Positions 58,142 through 64,000 of a stretch of 64,000 nt of DNA are shown one piece after another (position 1 is the first letter of the stretch; every line of letters begins with the position of its first letter). A program made the translations under genes and the position numbers. The notes beneath the pieces are model-generated. The model had not been told where the DNA came from. It saw only the letters and a program-made list of their open reading frames with translations, and did no database searches. The DNA comes from Bacillota bacterium (lineage in GTDB: Bacteria; Bacillota; JAAYKD01), in contig OY762825.2 of the NCBI GenBank assembly GCA_963666425.2, forward strand, positions 1,344,001 to 1,408,000. The letters run 5' to 3'.

Positions 58142-58980
58142 TCATGAAACAGCCGCCCGTCATTATCACCGACAGTACTTGTGATTTATCCCTGCAGGAA
58201 GCCGAAGCCTTGCAGGTCGAGATGTTATCATTGAAAGTGGTTTTTGGCTCTGAAGTTTACGAAGACAAACGCACCATCAGCAATGAAGAATTTTACGAAA
58301 AATTAGCCGCCAGTAAAGCGCTGCCAACCACCTCCCTGATCAGTGTCGGTGATTTTTTGGACGCTTTTGCCAGACATAAACAGGAAAGCATCGTGGTGCT
58401 TACCCTATCCGCCAAACTGAGCGGGACCTACCAATCCGCTGTCGTGGCAAAAGAGATGACCGGCCGGGAGGATATCTATCTGGTGGATACTGCAACGATT
58501 ACCATTGCTTTGGGTATGCTGGTCAAACTGGCAGCCAAACTGCGTGATCAAGGCGCCGAAGCTCCACAAATCGCTGCTCAAATTGCAGAGGACGCCAGAA
58601 GACTGCGCATTTACGGTATCTTCGATACGCTGCATTATCTGGTCAAAGGCGGTCGTCTTTCCGGTATGCAGGGTTTTTTAGGCAGTGTCCTCGCTCTGAA
58701 GCCAATTTTGACCATTGTACACGGCAACCTGAACAGCATTGGCAAAGCCCGTGGCATGGACGCTGCCATTCGCACTCTGGTGGAAATTCTGCAGCACACC
58801 GACATCATCGATACCGAAATGCCCGTTAGCTTTGCTCATTCCGGCAATCCGCTCAAGATGCTCGAACTGAAAAAGCAATTAAAAATAAAAAAAGCTGACG
58901 GCGAATACATTTTAGGCAGTGTTGTGGGCACGCATGCCGGACCGGGTGCGATTATTGTCGCTTTTTTCATCGCGGAATAA
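58138..58980 (+). CDS. DegV/FakB fatty-acid-binding protein
   Basis: ITDSTCDL, PTTS, LSGTYQSA, KGGR, HAGPG. Confidence 0.93.
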   Translation: MIMKQPPVIITDSTCDLSLQEAEALQVEMLSLKVVFGSEVYEDKRTISNEEFYEKLAASKALPTTSLISVGDFLDAFARHKQESIVVLTLSAKLSGTYQSAVVAKEMTGREDIYLVDTATITIALGMLVKLAAKLRDQGAEAPQIAAQIAEDARRLRIYGIFDTLHYLVKGGRLSGMQGFLGSVLALKPILTIVHGNLNSIGKARGMDAAIRTLVEILQHTDIIDTEMPVSFAHSGNPLKMLELKKQLKIKKADGEYILGSVVGTHAGPGAIIVAFFIAE

Positions 58981-59077
58981 CAAAACCAATTGCATTCCTC
59001 TCAAAAGCCCTGACAGGATTCACCGATGGTCATGGTGAATTAGGGAGAGAAACACTTTTTGGAAGGAATGATTTGCT

Positions 59078-60055
59078 TTGCCGCAAACAAATTCATATCA
59101 ACAACTGCTGCGTGAGACCGCAGCGATTGTCGCCTTACAGCCCTGGAATCTATTCAAGGAAAGCGATGTTTTCGCCATTGAACATCCGGAAACCCATCTG
59201 CTTTATTTTGTCAGTATCTTTGGTCAAAATGGTCTGGACTATGGCTTTTATCTTGCCAAAGGGTATGAAGCTTATCTGAATCTGCAGGAATGGCTGAGTC
59301 AGACCGATGAAAAAATCAAACCCAATCAACTGGCTCTTTATCTGATGCAGCTGGCCGGGTTCCGCGAGATGACCGAGGCCGATTGGCAGCTTCTGCAGAA
59401 AGCAGGCCATATGACGGCAACGGGCAAAGGTTATCCGCGCTTCAAAGATTACACACCAGAGTATCTGCCCTGGCAAATTAATGATGATGATGCCACCCTG
59501 CTTTCTCGTCTGCTGCCGCAGGTGCGTCAAGTGATTGTCAAGGCAGAAAAGGACCGCGCTCTCGTCGATTCACCCAAGGGCTGCCTGATCCGCCGTCTGC
59601 TGCATGGCATCTGGCAGGACGATTATCAGGCGATCATGCCAAAAGAACGGCAGCGTTTGAGTTATCTTCGTCCGGAAAATCCACAGCTCATTCAGAGCCT
59701 GCCCATCCAAGCAGACCTGATTTTTGAATGCAGTTTGGTTTTGAGTCTCAAACCAATCCTGCTCAAAGAAGGAGAACGTCCGTTCTATCCTTGGATTTTC
59801 CTCCTGATCGATGCCAGGAATGGCCGGCTGATTGATTACCAACTCACCAGTAAGGCAGAAAATTTCGCCGCAATCAGCACGAACCTGCTGCGTGTGCTGC
59901 AAAAAACCGGCTGTCGGCCTTGTGAAATCAAAACCGGCAGTGAAATGGCTCGCACCATCCTGAGCGGGATTTGTCAGGAATTAGGTATCCCGGTCAGCCT
60001 GTCCTCTCTCAGTTATGCCCCTGAATTGATGCAAATGATTCAAAACAAACTCTAG
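59078..60055 (+). CDS. Conserved hypothetical protein
   Basis: 325-aa ORF, GGAAGGA RBS + TTG; QPW, SIFG, PRF...P.YLPW, RPFYP; terminator 60065-60100. Confidence 0.75.
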   Translation: MPQTNSYQQLLRETAAIVALQPWNLFKESDVFAIEHPETHLLYFVSIFGQNGLDYGFYLAKGYEAYLNLQEWLSQTDEKIKPNQLALYLMQLAGFREMTEADWQLLQKAGHMTATGKGYPRFKDYTPEYLPWQINDDDATLLSRLLPQVRQVIVKAEKDRALVDSPKGCLIRRLLHGIWQDDYQAIMPKERQRLSYLRPENPQLIQSLPIQADLIFECSLVLSLKPILLKEGERPFYPWIFLLIDARNGRLIDYQLTSKAENFAAISTNLLRVLQKTGCRPCEIKTGSEMARTILSGICQELGIPVSLSSLSYAPELMQMIQNKL

Positions 60056-60266
60056 AACCGCATCCGCATTGTCTTAAAACGACAATGCGGATCATTTTTT
60101 AAGGAAGAGTCTAAATATTTCTCTTTGCTACTGGCATGATGCCTGCAAATCTGATATAATGTTGAATATATATTGGGATGATTCATCCTGAAAATATAAA
60201 CTTCGTATGCCGTCAGCCGACATGCGTTTCTTAAAAAACCAATCACCTAAGGAGGATTATGTATAG

Positions 60267-61226
60267 ATGGAAGAAGTAAAACAAACCAACCCGCCGCAGG
60301 AAAAACCTGTGGAAATCCCGGCAGCCGTGAGCGAAAAAGAAGCAACGGAAGAAACTCTGCCTAAAGTATATCCCGGTTCCGGTCTCAATAAAAACCCAGC
60401 CCGTATGATGAAAATCGAAGAAGTAGTGCAATGGGATATGGAATTCGGGGTCAAGGTCGGACCCATCGGTTACGATCATAGTCTAGCTTGCCCTTATTGT
60501 CATCGCCGTATGCTGTTGGTCAGCCATGAAGGCAGCCGCTATCAAAAAGCGATCCGGATTCTTTACCAATGTGAAGGCTGCGGCGCCCATACGGTGGTGC
60601 AGTTTCTCACCCCCACTCAAAAAGTTGATTTGCCGGAAATGAATCTGGGTGAAAAAATCCAGATTGAGAAACCCACACCGGTTCCCAATTTACCGGCTGC
60701 CGCCATGGGCAGCGAACGCAGCACTGCCGACCGCGGCAGCAAAGACAGCCGTGACACCAGCCGCAGAAATCGTTCGGAGCGCGACAGCGAATCAAACCAA
60801 ATCGAAAAAGCGGAACGTCAGGCAGACCGGCCGCGGGCAGAAAAACAGATCCATCCGCGTGAACGCATCCAGCATAATGAACGCAGCGAGCGTCCTGCCG
60901 GCAATCGCAGTGAACCCGTTGTTCGCAGCGAAGTGACGGAACGTCCGCCACAAAACCAAAATCGGCCAAAAAATCGTCAGGATGAGCGCAGGCCTGTTAA
61001 CGAACGTCCGCAGCCACAGCCACAGCAGCCGCCCGTTAACAAAAACAGACCGATGGTCACCAAATTGCCAGGCGAACAAATCAAAAAGTTAACCACGGAA
61101 ACAAGTAAAGCAGTGCCTGTTTCTGCCGCCAGCAACCCGGAAAAGCGCTCCAACGCTTACTTTCGTTCGCGCAAAACCTCCCCTTCCAATAAACCAGAAA
61201 AACCGGATACAGAGCCGCAAGTTTAA
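60267..61226 (+). CDS. Hypothetical protein: zinc ribbon plus long disordered tail
   Basis: AAGGAGG RBS; CPYC...CEGC; R/E/P/Q/N-rich C-terminal half. Confidence 0.75.
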   Translation: MEEVKQTNPPQEKPVEIPAAVSEKEATEETLPKVYPGSGLNKNPARMMKIEEVVQWDMEFGVKVGPIGYDHSLACPYCHRRMLLVSHEGSRYQKAIRILYQCEGCGAHTVVQFLTPTQKVDLPEMNLGEKIQIEKPTPVPNLPAAAMGSERSTADRGSKDSRDTSRRNRSERDSESNQIEKAERQADRPRAEKQIHPRERIQHNERSERPAGNRSEPVVRSEVTERPPQNQNRPKNRQDERRPVNERPQPQPQQPPVNKNRPMVTKLPGEQIKKLTTETSKAVPVSAASNPEKRSNAYFRSRKTSPSNKPEKPDTEPQV

Positions 61227-61246
61227 TCCTATCAAATCATGATCGG

Positions 61247-61771
61247 GTGATATCGATGTCATGCAGAAAATACGCTCTGCTTTTGCTGCTGTCTTGTTTG
61301 TTTCTCACCGCCTGTCAGCCTGTGAAGCAACCAGAAAAGCGCCCCGGCGGAGAAACCATCACGGCTGCAGCCGAAGAGACAATCCGCACTGCTTTCTTTA
61401 CTTATTCTGTCGATCGGGTAATGGCCTCGCGCACGCTGCAGAATTATCTGCCGCAAGCAGAGGACGCTCTTTTCCTTGCTTTAGACCTAACGGTTCGCAA
61501 CGAAGGAGAAAATGTTGTCCCCATGGACTACAGTGATTTTCTCTTAGTCTGGCAGCAAGGCGATCAAACTGTCAGTGCTTATCCCTTGCAGCTTTTTTGT
61601 GAGACGCAATTACCCGATTCCTACCGTCTAAATGCTGCAGAGCAGCGCAGCGGCCAGCTGATTTACCAGGTCCCCAAAACCATCGGCAGCTTTATCCTGC
61701 GCTATCAGGAAATCTATGCTGATGATTACCTTGGCAACACCTATGAGATTTTGCTGACACTACCCGATTAA
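61247..61771 (+). CDS. DUF4352-like lipoprotein
   Basis: Lipobox LTAC; LTVRN, DFLL, GQLIYQVP Ig-like pattern. Confidence 0.7.
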   Translation: MISMSCRKYALLLLLSCLFLTACQPVKQPEKRPGGETITAAAEETIRTAFFTYSVDRVMASRTLQNYLPQAEDALFLALDLTVRNEGENVVPMDYSDFLLVWQQGDQTVSAYPLQLFCETQLPDSYRLNAAEQRSGQLIYQVPKTIGSFILRYQEIYADDYLGNTYEILLTLPD

Positions 61772-61779
61772 GTACAACA

Positions 61780-61840
61780 ATAATCCCGTATCTCTCCGTT
61801 GGTTTGACGCCAACCGGATGGATGCGGGATTTTTTATTTT
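61780..61840. terminator. Compound bidirectional terminator
   Basis: AATCCCGTATC...GATGCGGGATT with nested GTTGG/CCAAC hairpin and T tail. Confidence 0.75.
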
Positions 61841-61849
61841 AGGTAAGGA

Positions 61850-63250
61850 TTAATTTTCCGTCAGACGTTGACCGGTCAGAGGATTGAGTTCTCCTTCATC
61901 AACGGGTTCTCTGCCCTGATGCCAGAGATTCCTTTCCATGCGATAAACAAAACCGGCCGAACGTCCCACCCAATCGGCAAACATCGACAGCCAGATCCCC
62001 AAAACGCCATAGCCCAGCCTGACGCCCAACAGCCAGGAGCCAAAAATACGCAGGGTCAGCAGGCTGATAATGGATATAAGCATCGGCTGACGGGCATCGC
62101 CCACGGCACGCAGCGACTGCGGCAGCACAAACGCCGTCGCATAGAGGAAGGGATGAATCAGCACGCTGATGGTGAGGATGAGTTTTGCTGTTGCGGCGCT
62201 TTCCGCGGAAGGACCATAGCTGGCGATCATCGGTTCCAAAAATAGAAGCAGCGGCAGACCGATGGCCGCCTGCATCGCTGATGTATAAAGGCACATCTTG
62301 CGCATCAGGGATTTTGCCTGCCGATACAGTTTCGCACCGTAAGATTGACCAACCACCGTCACACTGACTATGGAAAAGGCGTTGCCCGGCAGATTGATGA
62401 AGCTACTAAGAGAAGTAACGATGGCGTTGGCCTGCAGCGCTGCGGTACCCATGCCGGACATAAAGACAGCCAGCAATACCTTGGCTCCCTGAAAAATCAA
62501 AGAGTCCACACCGGAGGGAATACCGATTTTCAAAATTGGCCGCAGCAATTCCATATCCAGGTTCAGACGCAGCTTCGGCAGCTGCAAGGTTTCGTCGGCC
62601 GTTTTCCGCCGCACCATATAAAACATAAAAGCCGCCGCGCCGATCCGTGCCGCCAGCATGGCAATCGCTACGGCATAGACACCAAGCCGGAAAACATAAA
62701 TCAAGACAGCCGCCACCGTCAGATTAATCAGATTCGATACAAAAGCCCCCATCATCGGCGTTTTCGAATTGCCGGCGGCTCTGGTCACCCCGGCACAAAC
62801 ACTGAAGACGCCTAAGAAAGCATAACTGACACCGGAAAACCGCATGTAGATTTCACCGGTCGCCAAGACATTGGCAGCCGATTTGCCATACAGGCCATGC
62901 AGGATTTGGCTGGCAAAACAGGTCGTCAAAGCTCCTACCAGCACAGCAATGCCCACGACCAGAACAATCGCCTGCGCCGCCGTTTCCCCGGCTTCCTTAT
63001 TCCGGCGGGCTCCGATGCGCTGTGCAACCACAACCGTCGCGCCGGAAGCCAAAGCATTGAAAAAAATAATGATCATGTTATTGATGGTGTCGACCAAGTT
63101 GACGCCGGCAACCGCATAATCACCCACATTGGAAACTAAAATGGTGGAAATAACACCGACCAGAATGGTTAATCCCTGTTCAATCAGGATCGGCCAAAAC
63201 AGCTGTAAAAATCGCTTATTCTCGGTTCCTAAAATTCTCTTCTTCTGCAT
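61850..63250 (-). CDS. MATE efflux transporter
   Basis: PILIEQ, AVAGVNLVD, RAAGNSK, LRAVGD; GGAGGAG RBS at ATG 63250. Confidence 0.92.
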   Translation of the reverse strand: MQKKRILGTENKRFLQLFWPILIEQGLTILVGVISTILVSNVGDYAVAGVNLVDTINNMIIIFFNALASGATVVVAQRIGARRNKEAGETAAQAIVLVVGIAVLVGALTTCFASQILHGLYGKSAANVLATGEIYMRFSGVSYAFLGVFSVCAGVTRAAGNSKTPMMGAFVSNLINLTVAAVLIYVFRLGVYAVAIAMLAARIGAAAFMFYMVRRKTADETLQLPKLRLNLDMELLRPILKIGIPSGVDSLIFQGAKVLLAVFMSGMGTAALQANAIVTSLSSFINLPGNAFSIVSVTVVGQSYGAKLYRQAKSLMRKMCLYTSAMQAAIGLPLLLFLEPMIASYGPSAESAATAKLILTISVLIHPFLYATAFVLPQSLRAVGDARQPMLISIISLLTLRIFGSWLLGVRLGYGVLGIWLSMFADWVGRSAGFVYRMERNLWHQGREPVDEGELNPLTGQRLTEN

Positions 63251-63458
63251 ACCACTGCTCCTCCCGGATGATCGCTTGCTTAAAAAAACACTGCGCATGG
63301 ATCACTTGTTCCACGATTGCGGGGATGAATTGGATTCGATAAAAAACTAGCCTCTTTTAGGCTAGCATAACATGAGCCGCCCTTTTCCGCAAGATGACGC
63401 AGCCATAAGATGAGGCCGCCTGCAGAAGAAAAATAGTTCCCGCAAAAATAGGCAGCAC

Positions 63459-64000
63459 TTAAAAAGGAGGCAAAGTCCCTTCATCCAGCGGCTCTTTGCC
63501 ATGATGCCATAAATTGCGCTTCCAGCGATAGACAAAGCCAATTGTCCTGCCGCCCCAATCGGCAAACATGGAAAGCCAGAGGCCGAGCACGCCATACCCC
63601 AGTTTGACACCTAAAAACCAAGAACCAAACAAACGCAGAGCAAATAAGCTGACGATCGAGATGACCATCGTCTTCTTTGCATCCCCAACAGCCCGCAGCG
63701 ACTGCGGCAGGACAAAGGCGGTTGGATAGAGCAACGGGTTCACGAGCAAACAAATCGTCAGAATCAGCTTCGCCGTAGCGGCACTTTCCAGAGAAGGGCC
63801 ATAGGAGGCGATCATGCGATCCAGCAGAAGCAGAAAGGGTAGAATCAGCACGGTCATCACCGCGGAAGAATAAAGGCACAGCTTCGCCATTAGTTTTTTT
63901 GTCTGCAGATACCGACCGGCACCGTACGACTGACCAACAACCGTGACGCCAACAATGGAAAAAGCGTTGCCAGGCAAAGAGAAAAAATTGGCTAAAGAGC
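63459..64000 (-). CDS. MATE efflux transporter, C-terminal part (runs off window)
   Basis: PGNAFSIV, FVLPQSLRAVGD, SMFADW closely match the neighbouring MATE. Confidence 0.9.
   Translation of the reverse strand, partial: SLANFFSLPGNAFSIVGVTVVGQSYGAGRYLQTKKLMAKLCLYSSAVMTVLILPFLLLLDRMIASYGPSLESAATAKLILTICLLVNPLLYPTAFVLPQSLRAVGDAKKTMVISIVSLFALRLFGSWFLGVKLGYGVLGLWLSMFADWGGRTIGFVYRWKRNLWHHGKEPLDEGTLPPF

Noticed and set aside
58995-59050. Hairpin ATTCACC...GGTGAAT with outer CCCT/AGGG pairing after degV
   Set aside because: No match to a riboswitch I recognise and no T tail; function cannot be supported
1-64000. CRISPR arrays, tRNA/rRNA, IS elements, prophage or defence systems
   Set aside because: No regularly spaced repeats, cloverleafs, transposase, integrase or phage/defence motifs seen on reading; short or divergent elements could have been missed

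Overview
Mostly housekeeping and accessory chromosome of an anaerobic Bacillota (Clostridia-like) bacterium, judged from T-box leaders, secG, ECF ThiT, CsoR, a FabT-like regulator and class III RNR. Peptide and amino-acid catabolism is prominent: four M20 hydrolases, two M24 peptidases, PepF, a five-gene flavin/Fe-S amino-acid dehydrogenase and a DUF1445+DUF4392 D-glutamate-cyclase-like pair. Transport genes include a B12 ABC system under a cobalamin riboswitch, MntP, CopA, three MATEs and an ABC exporter pair. Asn and Val T-boxes and NrdR and CsoR operators are readable directly. I saw no rRNA, tRNA, CRISPR array, transposase or integrase. Most notable observations: (1) a ~1.36 kb segment (broken GNAT, intact HAD, dCTP deaminase stub) bounded by GGTT repeats that appears to have split one long terminator hairpin between nrdD and valS; (2) three promoters with the same 11-bp direct-repeat plus -10 layout, suggesting OmpR-family control; (3) a T7 run that puts the likely start of a phosphodiester glycosidase gene out of frame; (4) a soluble-looking protein carrying the OadB IGIIGGADGPT motif. 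All product calls come from motif recognition only; no database searches were run, and I cannot claim a confirmed novel system.
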